Shown: positions 27,211 through 40,722 of the stretch, in pieces
Layout of the letters: each line of letters starts with the position of its first letter
How positions within the stretch are numbered: the stretch's first letter is position 1
Assembly: GCA_951406725.2 (NCBI GenBank)
Contig: OX597817.1
Coordinates: 118,110,001-118,174,000 of the forward strand
Reading direction: 5' to 3'
DNA length: 64,000 nt
From: Octopus vulgaris
Taxonomy: Eukaryota
The notes under the pieces: generated by a model
The model's database searches: none
The model's input: only the letters and a program-made list of their open reading frames with translations
What the model was told of the DNA's origin: nothing
Made by a program: the position numbers and the translations under genes

Positions 27211-28375
27211 GTTACATCTGTTAAAATGTCTAATTGATGAGCACTGTTGAGAGATTGAAGAGATTCATGCGATTGATAGATTGCTCTGCATTATTCATCC
27301 ACTTGGATTTATTCTAATGTATCCATCGAAAAACATGTCGATGATATGAAGATATAAATGATTTAACATCTTGAGCGTTTCTCTCCATCCCCAATTTTTC
27401 ATATATATATGTGTGGGAGAGTATGAATATACATATTTCATTTTTGAAGTTGGCTTGCAAGACACTTTATATGAATTCTCTGTTAGTGCCTTGTTATTCT
27501 AACACACTCACCGGTTTGAATTCCACTCATCTATTTAACTTTACTGTTATTGAAAACCAAGCTTTTCAACAATCATTGACTCGTTATTGGAACTCCCTTC
27601 TTATTGTTTATTTGTGCGCATGCGTGTGCGTCATTTATGTAGGTTTGTGTGTTTGTGTGTATGTATTTGTTTTCATGTTTGCTTGTTTGAACGCGTGTGT
27701 CTATATGTGTGTATCTATTTGTGTGTAACTCTATCCCCTTGTGTGTGCATGTTTGATTGTGTCTGTCTATGGATTTTTGTGACTATGTTAGTACGCCTGT
27801 TATGTAAGTATGTGTGTCGCCACATGTCTCCCTGTATGAAATGTACGCGTGTGTATATAGTCATGTGTTTCAGTCCACATGTGTTTGTAATTTTTATCAG
27901 TCTTCATCTGTATGTATGTACGTATGTATCTATATATGTATATATGCGTGTATGTGTCTGTGTACCCGGGCACACAAAAACACAGACAAACACAAACATG
28001 AAAGCACAAACATGATACATGCATACAAACGTGCGAACATGCATACATATATATATGTATACACACACATATATGCATGTAAATAAGCATGTGCATGAAG
28101 AATAAATACATACATACGAACGTGCATATATACATGCATACACACACATACATACATACATGTGTATGCGAACGCATACTGACGCCCGCACATGCGCATA
28201 AACAAACAGACAAAAAGAACGCACTTCCGATAACGGAGAAAGTCACCGACTATTGAAAACATTGCAAAATGCAACGAAAATTTCAGTAAAAATAAATAAG
28301 TGAATGAGTGGAAATCGAACCGGTGTGTGTGTGTTAAATTGACAAGACACTAAAAGAGAAAGACTCTCCTCAGAC

Positions 28376-28410
<35 letters not shown>

Positions 28411-28412
28411 TA

Positions 28413-28483
<71 letters not shown>

Positions 28484-28485
<2 letters not shown>

Positions 28486-28945
28486 GATGATGTTTTCTTT
28501 GTTCTTCTTATTTGAAGTTCTGAGTTGGGGGATGTCCAGTTTCATTGCTCTTGGGATTCCGTTTTCTATTAATTTGAGTGGGTGTTTCTGTTTTAATAGA
28601 AAGTTTTTAAATTCATTTAGTCTTATTTGCTGTTTGTGAGTCGACCACTATGCTGCATATGCGTCTTGCCATACTATGCCGAATGTTTCTTTTTATATGG
28701 GACGGGTGGGAGGAGTAGAAATTTAAATATTAGTGTGTGTTTGTTTTGTAGTTGATATCTGTTGTGATGATGGAGCTGTGTATCTTGATGTTGATGTCTA
28801 GGAAGGGAAGTTCGTTATAGCTGGTTTCTGTGGTAAAGTTGATCGATGAGTGCAGTGTGTTGAGGATGTTGTGGAATGTTCGTAGATCCTCTTCTGACCT
28901 GTCTGAAATGATGAAACACTCATCGAGGTAGCGCTTCCACTTTTA
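28484..28945 (-). pseudogene. Penelope-like element reverse transcriptase fragment (YxDD region to thumb)
   Basis: Minus-strand translation: KWKRYLDECFII...ILNTLHSSINFTTE..LPFLDI...YLNFYSSHPSHIKRNI..SMARRICSIV. Confidence 0.85.
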
Positions 28946-28959
28946 CTTAGAACCATTTA

Positions 28960-29120
28960 GAAACAGAAACATATGGAGAAGGAAGTTTCAAGATCTTTCC
29001 CTTCTATAAATGCCCAAGGAATTACACCTTCTTCAGAAAAAATATGGAACAACACTTCATAGCAAAATTCTCCCCCAAACTGAATGGCTGAACATATGAA
29101 AATCACATCACCTTCCTTAT
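28960..29120 (+). pseudogene. C-terminal tail of a Penelope GIY-YIG endonuclease domain
   Basis: Plus-strand translation: GSFKIFPFYKCP...RKNMEQHFIAKFSPKLNG*, matching the R-x3-E-x2-FI-x4-P-x-LN ending of PLE ORFs. Confidence 0.7.
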
Positions 29121-29986
29121 ACACACATCTGGAACCCTAAGGTATGTGTATATGTGTGTGTATGTATATACATAAATAGAAACATTCTTGCATCCAGACT
29201 TTCCAACCTATACCAGCATGGGAATCAAGCATTGGACAATGATGATCATATTGATGATAATAAGTCCAGACAACTTTTTGAAAATAACTATTATTTCTCC
29301 TCAAAACAGATCGCTTCCTTAGAGTAACGACCTGGTCCTGCCATTTTTACAGACCAAGAATCAACCTATCTTCTATTGAAAGAACTGACCAGCTGTATAG
29401 ATATAAACACATTTTTTCTTTCTTCCTTCCTTCCTTCTTTTCTTTCCTTCTCTTTTCAATTAACATTAAGAAAATACAGACTTTTTCACTTTGAAAACGT
29501 GCTTTTTCAGACCCCCTGGTGAACTGGCTGAACCAAAGTAAGCAACTGTTCTAGCCACCAAATTAAAAATATATCTTCTTTTTCTTTGTCTCTTGTTCAG
29601 ATACATAGGCACACACTCACACACGCACGGATATACACGCAAACAAACACACGCATTTTCTCTCACCATCTCCTTCCACTATCTCCTCATTCCTCTCTCT
29701 TTCTTTTTCTACCCTTTAAACTCCACATTACCCTTCTTCTACCTCTCTCTCCACTCCAACCCATTCACTAATGCTATAAAAAGAGACAAATCTCTTCACA
29801 AAATTTAAATCTGAAGAGTCTATTAGAGTAGATGAAAGCGCTTATATGTGACTTGTAAACACATATGACATGTTGATAAATATTTGTATATGTACAACCA
29901 TCCAGATCTCTACCTTTTTTCTAATATATACATATATATATGTATGTATTTACGTATGTATGTATGTTTGTGTGTGTGTGTGGATA

Positions 29987-31278
29987 CGAGGGGCGTTCAA
30001 TAAGTAATGCCCCTGACCCACTTCCCATAGCAGTAGAGCAACGAAACTTGGCACATTTATTAGTCTTTTTTTACATAGGAACTACCCAGAGTTACGCATT
30101 TCTCCCATCGTTTGATGCAGCTCTGAAGACCGTTTTTGTAGAAGACCCCAGTTTGGTCCTCCAACCACGACGTGACTTCAGAAATCAAGGCTGCATCATA
30201 TGGGAAACGCTTTCCTTTCAAAAACCACTTCATGGCTGGGAAGAGGTGAAAATCAGAGGGTGCAAGGTCAGGAGAGAGTAGGGGTGTGGGGGAGGAGTTC
30301 ATAGCCGCATGCCTGTGCTTTTGATCTGGCGACACGCGAGTTGTGGACCGGAGCGTTGTCCTGCAGGAGGAGGATGCCTTTGCTGATCTTGCCCCGCCTC
30401 TTGATTTTGATAGCTTCTCTTAATTTCCTCAAAAGTGAAGCATAATAGGCTCCTGTAATTGTGGTACCTTTGCCAGGAAATCTGTCATCACTACTCCGTC
30501 CTGGTCCCAGAAGACTCTGAGCATGACCTTGCCAGCGGAGGGCTGCACCCTTGCCTTCTTTGGAGGAGGTGAGTCACGGCGCTTCCACTGCATTGACTGG
30601 GCGTTGATCTCTGGATCATAGTGATGGACCCAGGTTTCATCCTGTGTAATCAGTCTTCTGAAAAATTTTGACTCATTTTCTTGGCACATCTCCAAATTCA
30701 TACTCGAGCACTCGACGCGTTCTTGCTTCTGGAAAGGTGTGAGTAACCTGGGAATACATCTGGCAGACACCTTTTGCATATGCAAATGGTCATGAATGAT
30801 CGTTTTCACAGACCCGGTACTAATCTTGACCTCATGGGCTATCTAGCGAATAGCTATACGTTGATCTTCCAAAATGGCAGCCTCAACTTGACGGACAGAT
30901 GCCTCATCAATGGCAGAAGGGGGCGACCAGATCTGGGAGCTGTTTCCACAGAGTTCCGACCGTGTTTAAATTCACGATGCCAGCGTTTTACAAGGTCATA
31001 TGATGGGGCATCATCACCATAAGTTACTTTTATTTCATCAAAAGTCTCCCGTGGTGTGCGTCCTTTCAAATACAAAAACCGGATCACTGCTCGACACTCA
31101 ACTGGCTCCATTTCACACTTGACTCTGTTCAAACACCTGTAAATCAAAAACCACAATTAGTCCTGAGCTGTAATTTGCCACTTCATCTATATAGATATAA
31201 ATAACTGCAGATGCAAAATTTCAGCTAGATCAAACAATTGCAAGTGGGTTAGGGGCATTACTTATTGAACGTCCCTCG
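29987..31278 (-). mobile_element. Full-length mariner element (1292 bp) with 37-bp TIRs and TA TSDs
   Basis: TIRs 29987-30023 and 31242-31278 are 35/37 identical (CGAGGGGCGTTCAATAAGTAATGCCCCT...). TA lies at 29985-29986 and 31279-31280. Confidence 0.97.
30060..31111 (-). pseudogene. mariner DD34D transposase with frameshifts
   Basis: MEPVECRAVIRFL, CIPRLLT (=WVPRxL), ITQDETWVHHYDPE, LLQDNAPVH and SPDLAPSDFHLF, spread across three annotated ORFs. Confidence 0.93.
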
Positions 31279-32830
31279 TACTTAGGACATGACTGCTTTT
31301 GTTAAACAAGATTTTATTAAGTTGGGAAATGTAAGCGTAATTTTCCTCGGCAGGATAACAAAACAAGAAGCGAACGACAAAGAGAGTAAGTGTTGGAGGT
31401 GAATAGTTCTGTGCATGCGCACTAGTATTTCTTCTGAGCATGCATTGTAAATTTCGAAAACAGAAATACCCTTTAATTATTTGTAAATATGAAATTACCA
31501 CGGAAATTAGAATTTTAATTTAAATCAAAAATATATTGATATTTATAGTAAAATTACTACTACAGATTTCTGTAGAAAATATTTTGTGCAAGCAATAGAG
31601 AAAATATTTTGTGCAAGCAATTTTGCAGAGATGGATAGAATTTGAGAAGTACCATTTCTACAACAACATTATACTCATATATAAGCATGTAAGGCGTCAT
31701 GAATGCATATATATTTGTACGTAATACATTTTCCAGGACTTTAGGCAATCAGTGTTTGTACAGTTTTTTTGCGTTCTATGCTCAATTCTCGGCAATCAAC
31801 ATTGTTTCATTGTTCCAGGCCGGACTTATGCTGGACCGTGAAGTTCAAACCACAGTTAGGTAACCACTAGAGTACCACTTAGTAGCTCGCGAACGCTAAT
31901 GGCAGTGCGGCCGTTGTAAAGACGTTTTAGTAAAAATGCAAATAATTTTCGACTATCCGTTTCCATTCGCTAATAATTTTTAAAACAATACGTTTTATAT
32001 AAAACTATGAAGTATGTGTGTTACGGATAACAATCATATATTTCAGGCACCAACACTGATTGACTTATTTCTCCTTTTACCTGAGAATAAGCAAGAGAAA
32101 ATTGTTGAAGGTAACTGAAGAACACCCTATATTGAACTCAGTAGAATAACACGTGACCTAGAATGTAATTTATTTTATTACATGTATGCATTAAAGAGAG
32201 TATTTTCTGAGTTAACGAGAAGAAAGGCGGATGCGTACCAGCAGATTGAATTTTATTCAATTTATTGATTTTCTCTTCACTCAAGTCAGGAATGTTATTT
32301 CCTTTCCTATATATTTCTGTTATATCTGTAATCTTGTACATCTATATATCTTTCTTGATTTTATTGTATTAGAGATTATATGATACATAGCGTCTGTTCT
32401 AACGCTAGCTTTATTTCAGAATATTGCTCCAGTACCTTTAGGGATATTTTGTTAATATATTTCATGATTTCATATAACGAACAACTAAGGAAAAAATACA
32501 TTGAATTTATAGCAGGTGGACGCACCTTGGAATTATTTGCGAATGTTTGCTCGAATGTAAACTGCCATATTGAATAGTGTATAATGGACAGATTAATAAT
32601 GGAGACTTTTTTGTTATTCACATATAGTGTTATGTGGAACGAACGCAACTGTATTGCAAAAGTGACTCTTATGTGGCATAAGCGGAAGACACACATATAC
32701 ATATGTACTACAAGCATAATCAAGTAAGAACGTAAATACGCAAACAAAATTATAGGATGCATTCAAATATGAAATTAACATACACATTCATATGTGCACA
32801 TGCACAGTGAGAACACAGAAACAATATGTA

Positions 32831-34051
32831 CAATGTGCATAAGGTACTTGAGGACACGCCTTTTTGGGGTCATTGCTGCATTTTTTGCTAATTTGTGTAA
32901 ACTTTGTTTCAGAAAATAATAATGGCAGACCTTCAGCTTAGTTACGAAATGAAGGGACATGCTGATATTGCGGTTATAATGGCTGAGAATAGCGATTTAG
33001 AAATATCTTGATTTTTAAAAGTTGCCAGACCATTCGTCTACAAAGTTTGTGAGGAGCTAGAAATTGAAGATGGAAACATATCACCAGTATCAAGGCATAA
33101 AAAGCATTCAAAACGTTCTGAAATCATCAGAACACTTAAATCTATCCAGCACGTTCAATAGACCGTTGATTACAAACCTAGAAATACGATGAGGTTAATT
33201 GCAAAACAAGGAACAGTCAAATATGTTGCCCACGAAGACATCAGGTATAAGTCTTATATGATGAGAAAAGATCAATTTGTCAGAAAAAGCAAACGAAAAT
33301 CCCTTTATCATATCTAACAGTCTCTTAAACAAGCTGAACATCCAGCAGAAGAAAATTTGATTTGTTTTTTCTCAAACGAGAAAAACTTCGACCAAGATCA
33401 AAAGGTTAACAGAAGAAATGAAAGAGGGTTGTGTGCAGACGCTTCTGAAGTTCCAAGTGCTATGCATACAAAATTTCCTGTCATGGTTTTAGCGGTTGTC
33501 AGCAATGAAGAACATATGATGCCTTCTTACTTCTCACCACAAGGCTTTAGAGTTAACTCTACAAACTTCATTGAGGTCCTGGAAATAACTGTTAAGACCT
33601 GCATAGACAATATATACAATGAAAGGTCATATGTATTTCAATGAGACTCTGCAGTATCATACATGGCTCTAGTAATCCAAGAAAACGGTGGCTGAAAATT
33701 TTCCTGATCACATATCCCCTGATATTTGGCCACCTGATTCCCGAGATCTCAACCCATATAGAGCGCTATTGAGAGAGAGGTCAATGAATACGCGCATAAC
33801 AAAGCTTCCATAGTTAGAGTAATGTCCAAAATGAACCAGAACCACTTGATTCGAGCTTGTAGATGATTTAGATCTCATATAGAAGCAGTTGTTGAAGCTG
33901 AAGATGACATGGCTTTATTGAATAATATTATAGAAAAGAAGATTTATTTTTATCCTCATCGCATTTTTTGCTAAATAATGTTATTATCTGTTATTATATA
34001 TCTTTTATTTTTATAAACGTAAGTCTGTCCTCAAATATCTTACGCACCCTG
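32831..34051 (+). mobile_element. Full-length decayed maT/DD37D-like element with ~26-bp TIRs and TA TSDs
   Basis: Left TA|CAATGTGCATAAGGTACTTGAGGACA versus right reverse complement TA|CAGGGTGCGTAAGATATTTGAGGACA (21/26). Transposase remnants from ATG 32922: FFSNEKNFDQD, TKFPVMVL, YVFQ*DSA, WPPDSRDLNP. Confidence 0.88.
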
Positions 34052-34096
34052 TATGAATAGATGATAATCATTTCCTTGTTAATATTTTTGTTAATA

Positions 34097-34330
34097 AGGC
34101 GGCGCGTTCTCCTTACATTTCGCACACCAGGCAAAATGCTCAACGGCATTTCATCCGTCTCTACATTCTGAGATTAAATTCAACCTAGATCGATTTGCCT
34201 TTCATCCATTCAGTATCTATAAAATGAGAGCCAGTTGAGTACTAAGTTTGATGTAATCGACCTACCTCCACCCCACCCTACCCAACACACAATTCCCCAA
34301 TTACTGGCATTGTGCCAAAATTTGAAACAA
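34097..34330 (+). mobile_element. Degenerate SINE family C
   Basis: AAGGCGG...AAATGCT...TTCTGAG...GATTTGCCTTTCATCC...TAATCGAC...TTGTGCC matches the 43543 copy. Confidence 0.7.
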
Positions 34331-37093
34331 ATATAATTTGATACCAGGCAAAAAGGAGAGTACCGTGATATGTTTTATAATTGAGAAGCACTCTTCAGAA
34401 GATTGATATTCCTCATCCTCCTACCTAGAAAGAGAAGTTCATAACGATTGCAGCTTATGTGAATCACAGACAAGAACATAGTTGCAATAGCTAGGCAAAA
34501 TTCTATATTGTGCATGGGTCTTGGCGTAATTGAAAAACTATTAAATATTTTATGCAGAATAGATTGTATTTGTAAATCTAAGGTAATTTAAAAAAGTTAG
34601 ATGACACATTATGAGTTTATAACGCAGTATGATGTGCACATAAGCCTTCTTCATCCCTTCCAAATCAGAAAACCCATATCTTAAGGCCTGGATATCTAAA
34701 TTGTAAGTTTTACTATTCTGATTGTGCAAGCCAATGGCAAATAATAGCAGCGTGACATTGATAATGGAAATGCAACCGAAAAATCTTCTAATTATGATAG
34801 CTGCTTACAGATATTATTGACTGCCTTAAAATGATAGAGAATGCTCCAAATTTCCAGGTCTCATTACCAAATGTTAATACGTCTACAACTTCTACATTTT
34901 CTCACACGAGAAATCATGTGTTATTTCTTCTGCACTGTGTTTAATAGTACGTAAAAAGACACAACAATTTTGCCTTCATTTATCAATCAATCGACCCAAA
35001 AATTCATTGTCCTCCTAATGTGTTTGTTCTCCATATTTACTTTTTGCATGCGATACCTAATAAGTGGGGAAAATTCGCATGATTTCGAATGGGAGTAACA
35101 TGGAAATATCCCCAGATGTACTGTTTTGTCAGCCATGATAACCATCATACCCTTCCTCCCTAAATAATTTCGATAATGAGATTCATAAAATACAATTAAT
35201 CATAGATACAACTCGCGCAAAATGTGTGCGAATGTGTATTTCAAAGATGGATGTGTGTGTGGGGGGGTGAACGTATGCATGTACACTTTAAGTCATCTGA
35301 CATCATATTATCTTCATATTTAAATATCTGTGCGTGTGATTGCGTGAATACTTTTGTGGTATATATATATATATATATATATATTTGTAAACATGTGTGT
35401 GCGCGCGTGTATGTGTGTGTAAATGTGTGTGCATGTGTTCCTTAATGCATGACTGTGCACGTACGTATTACACTGATTTTCAATTAGATTGTATTAATTT
35501 TTATTCTGTTAATATGTATAATTTATTAACTGGCTTATCTATTTGGATGAATTTAACTTAATAGCGAATTCTAAATCTGCTACCAGGCTAGTCTCCAAGT
35601 CTGCCAAATGTGTCATTGTATACTTTATTTCCTTCCACAATTATGAAATGATTGATCTTAAAGAATTTTGCAATCATTCTAATGGGAGCTATTTGAAAAA
35701 GAAACTATCTTAGCTTGATTTAATTTTCATACATCACTTTAAATTTACATTTTCCTTCAACTAAGGCAACTATATCGATATACTTACCTAAACTAGAAGT
35801 AAATCGGCTCCTGGTTGCCGCTATTGTACTTGTGTATTAATATCATTTAAAATTATATACACAAATTTACATTCCAGGAAATTATACATTTCTGATATTC
35901 CAAATGCAAACGTTACGTATGTAGAAAATAACAAATTTAAATTATGTCGCTCTATTTAAAACTTCCATAACAAAAACAGGCATATGGAAAATATATTAAA
36001 GCATATATATACACACCTACCTACACACACACACACACACACTTACACACAGGCACAGAACATGTATATTCGCTTGAGTCTTTGTATGTGCGTCCACGCA
36101 TGTATTTGTCACGTTTGTGATGTGGGTATGAATACGTATACACATTTTATTCAGATATATCAAGAGAATTTTCTATCCTCCAATTTCAAATCACTTTGAA
36201 ATTGTAATTTATATGTCAACAATATTATTCTGCTGTTCATTCGTATTTCGTTACACTAACTTTTCCTGCGCTTCAGTAATATATTACACACATACATATA
36301 ACACATACACATATATACCACACACACACACACATATATATAACACACACGCACACACACATATATATATATATAAGTTTTTCACAATATTGTTATCTGG
36401 TATTGTTAAATAAATCATTCACGTATTTCTCTGGATAAAGTGAAAATCTTCTGAGATTTCATTGTTCTATAAGCTTGCCCTCATTGAGACACCTCTTTCA
36501 AACTACTGGGTGAGGACATCTAACAATAAATTCGATAATAATCTAATTTCCTTCATATCATTATATACCAATTAAACAACGTGCCTTTCTTTCATCTGTC
36601 ATTTTAAGTTTATACTTAAATTTATATTTGAGCAATTACGAGAATTTATCTTCTCAAGAAGCTCTGATTACTCTCTTCATATTTATTTGAACGCGTCCAC
36701 TATCTTAGTTGTTGTATTACTTGTTATATATTTCAGGGTTATGATAGAATGAATATATTCAGGTCCTCTTCCATTTCTTCCTCAAGGTGCATGACTCACT
36801 AAAAGAATTATCCAAAAGAATGAATTTTAAAATATAATAAAGACAGTGTTCTGTGAGAGCTTATTTCGAATTCAGCTCACAATTTAAATTTTAGCATTAC
36901 TAGATAAAGGCTCTCTGCTTTGCTTATCGTGACGGACTGACCTAAAAAGCGAGTGGCTAAAACCAGTCTGAACTTTGGAGTTATAACTTCATTGCGACAA
37001 GTTACTGAAATGCAATTTCGAAAGAATAGTGACAATTCAGCTGTCAGTAAAGAGCTAAATATTTCTCACTGTCAGCATTTTGTATGATAATTA

Positions 37094-38216
37094 TCTATTA
37101 TATAAAATCCGTTCTGTCTGTATGTATGTGTCTTGTAGGATCTGGGGCATCGTCCATCCGATTGCGCTCAAATTTGATATGTAGATATCGACGGTATCAG
37201 GGCGTGTATAAGTCTTGAAAAAAATTACAAAAATCGATTCCAGGTGAGAATGCGATCGATAAAGCCTTGGGAACGTGCAGTGGTATGCGCAAGTACATCA
37301 GCTGTTGCGATCGATACTATGCGTACGCGAGAAAATGCACGTGCAGTTTGCGCAAAAAAAAGCCGGCCGGTTTGAAATAATGTCACAAAATGCAGTCGGA
37401 CTGTGTTTACCCGATGAAACACGTCCTATTCGCCTGAGCTTCGCGATGACCATCAACAAAGCACAGGGGCAGTCATTGAAAGTCGTGGGGTTTCAGATCA
37501 GCGCTCTCTTCTTTTCGCCCGGACAATTGTATGTGGGCTGTTGGAGGGTTGGCTGTTCGATAAACCTTTTCTACTACGCTCCAGACGGAGTAACAAGGAA
37601 TGTGGTTTACAAGGCTGCGCTCCACTGGCTTTCCCATGCCCTCGAACATCCAGTAAAGTAAGTTAGCTTAAAATTAGTTACTTAGTTCCCTCCGATGTTG
37701 CGTTTCATCAAACATCGCCCCAAGTTGATTTCCTACATGTTTTATCGGATACATTTTTATTGTCTCAAGTACGTTCTCATAAATTGATTATGCTTTTCCA
37801 TCTAGATTTACGTCGAGCTAACCGATTTGCATGCATAATTTTTGTCCTGCTCTTCTTCAGTCAACCTGTACATAACTGCACCTTACATGTTTGTTGTTTT
37901 TTTACTGCTTAAAGGCACGCTTCTTTCCTGCCAAGCTTACTGTTTAAACAATGTTTGTATTCTCACAGTCAACAGCCTTATCATTACTGGTATTTTAAAC
38001 ACTTCGGTTGCATATTTGTGTGAATAAAACCGTTTTTCTTTGGAATAGAAAAAAGTCTATCTTTATATCTTCTTTTGCTGGTGTCTCAAATTTAGGTTAA
38101 ATCAGTGTTTCTCAAAGGGGATGCCTAGAGGGGATGTCGGAGAGCTTGTTTTGAGAAACTTTCGCTTAACTGTTTGACAATTCAGCACCGTCCATTGGAC
38201 GGGGTCGTTTTGCTCG
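37094..38216 (+). mobile_element. Non-autonomous Helitron retaining only the PIF1 C-terminus
   Basis: A|TCTATTATATAAAA start; 3' inverted repeat CCGTCCA-T-TGGACGG (38188-38202) then CTCG|T (decayed CTAG). 37425-37625 encodes PIRLSFAMTINKAQGQSL..GQLYVGCWRVG..TRNVVY. Confidence 0.85.
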
Positions 38217-39298
38217 TGATACATATAAGCCATCAAGGGAGGACCTATTTATGTAAATATAAGATTCGGTTGAGACCATCTCATACCTCAACACGAACAA
38301 AGACAAGTAGCCGTAGAATAATTGTTGGGTAAATATCATTTCGAAAACTGTGGTATTAAAAGGGACTATAGTAGATTCCTACTTGGAGAAATGGTCCATG
38401 ATTGTGTAAGAATTTCTAAAATAGATCATATCCCCGGTTATTTTAAGTAATCCACATTCTTGATAATAATCCTAAGCAAGAGACTACATAGTTGAAGCAG
38501 GTAACAATTAGTTACATAATAGCAATCACATTATGCGGACTAATTTACATGCTTGGCTATGGACCTACATCTTCCAAACACAAACAGGAAATACCTCAAA
38601 TAACATCAACAAGTAAATAAAATTACTGACCAGCTAAAACATACCAGCTACTTATATTCTTTGTGTGATTCCTTTAAAATTCGATTCCGAAAGAATTGAC
38701 ACGCCCAGTAGCTAATTTTCAAATTGCTGAAGTTGACCTTTACGTTGACCTTTACATTGCAAAAAAGCAAAGTATTGAATTAAAAAACAACTAAAAGTAA
38801 TTACAAAGCCGCTAAACAAAAGAGCTTCCTCTTCCTATATACGTATGTTTTGTGATTCAAAAAAAAAAAAACATCCTACGAGATGAAACTGCCATCTGAA
38901 TACATTCTGAAAAATGACATACCCTCAAATTTAAACAAAAAGAGTTTCTCCTCAGCAACATTCCTTCACAACCCACCTTACAACCATTGAGCATGACCTC
39001 ACAAAACCCAGAAGAAATTTTATCTCAGCAGAGATTATACGTATCCAAGATAAACTTAAGGCAAACAGTCCACAGATGCTTTAGCAGGCCGAAACTTCGA
39101 TGTGATTTTTAAAACTATTTTTAATAAAGAATAATAAATTTGTATTATACAAAAGTGTGGAGTAACACCTCAGATTGATATAAAATTCTCATTATACTTG
39201 AATATTTATATTTCGTTTGTATATCATATAGGTGCATGTATAGTATATTATATGCGCCCAAAGGCACATGCATGTGAATACGTATGTATACATACACA

Positions 39299-39555
<257 letters not shown>

Positions 39556-40722
39556 TCACTAAATTGGATCCCAAAATTCATCTTATCACACTGTTCAAAT
39601 CTTCATATCAGACAACGAATATTACGTTTCAGACATTACAGCTTTATGTCGATTCGTAACGAAATACCAAAGCCTACATTCAATACATTGTTGTGCTATT
39701 GTAGTTACCCAAATGCCATAAATGCCTGCATAATATGCATATGCTCCTATAAGTATCAACAAGAATCTCGTAGTTTGGATACTTGTATAAATATTGACAG
39801 TGATTTATACTCAAATCCCTTCAGAAGAAAAATCTTTACGAACTTTAAAAGTGATATGACTCTTGTAGACACTATGTTTTGTATTATGAACAAACCTGTA
39901 GTGTTTACCTGAAAACCTAATGTCATTCGAATATAGCCCTTATACGTAGAGGTATCTAGTTATTTTATGAAGGAACACTATACAATAATATAGTACCTTT
40001 GACAGGTACTGTATCCTCCACGAGTAAAGGAGTAGCATCATCCAAGAACTATTTACATTAGAGTGTGCCATGTTCGTACGGACATCGTACGGACATCTTT
40101 CGGCGTGTGATGGCGGAAATGAGTGACACAAAGTTAAGACCTTTGGATTTAGTGGAATGACAATGAAACATCCGCTACAAATTCCTGCCTTGATTCTGAA
40201 CTTCAGACCTAGTGAGACTTTATAGAGTTTTTCTCTATTGTAAATTTTGGGCTACTCTAGTTTGCGATGTAGCATAATCGATACTTCAAGTTTTAGCATC
40301 ACATCCCTGCTGTTTCTAATAGATAATTTACCATATTTTTCTTCCAGGTAACTGTATCTATTGATTTACAGCCTTTCGCCCCCGGTAGCATGTCTTCTAA
40401 AATTAAATTGATTCCTTTCAGAGCGATATTTCTCATGCTAAGTTTGTTAAATTCAGAAATATGTTTGGGATGAGATTGTTAGAAAAAACTTCAGCAAGCA
40501 GTTCTTTGCTGTTTAAAAGGTATGACAGAATGTTAGTTGAATTGGCCGTTTGAATACTTTCGCCACATTGAGTAGAAGGAATGTGAATTATCCATGAATT
40601 AATCGCAAGTTATATATTGGAGCTATTGACGTGGGACATTCACATGTTCATCACAATTCTGTAAAGAAATATCTGCAGGAATTACATTCAATGGAAAGAA
40701 TGATGGAAACTCCTCTCATTAA

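Noticed and set aside
30060-31156. SETMAR-like host gene
   Set aside because: There is no SET domain; it is a frameshifted transposase between TIRs.
38240-39110. Possible very old Penelope-like remnant
   Set aside because: A/C-rich composition and a weak GCCGAAAC motif only; no translatable diagnostic motif could be confirmed.
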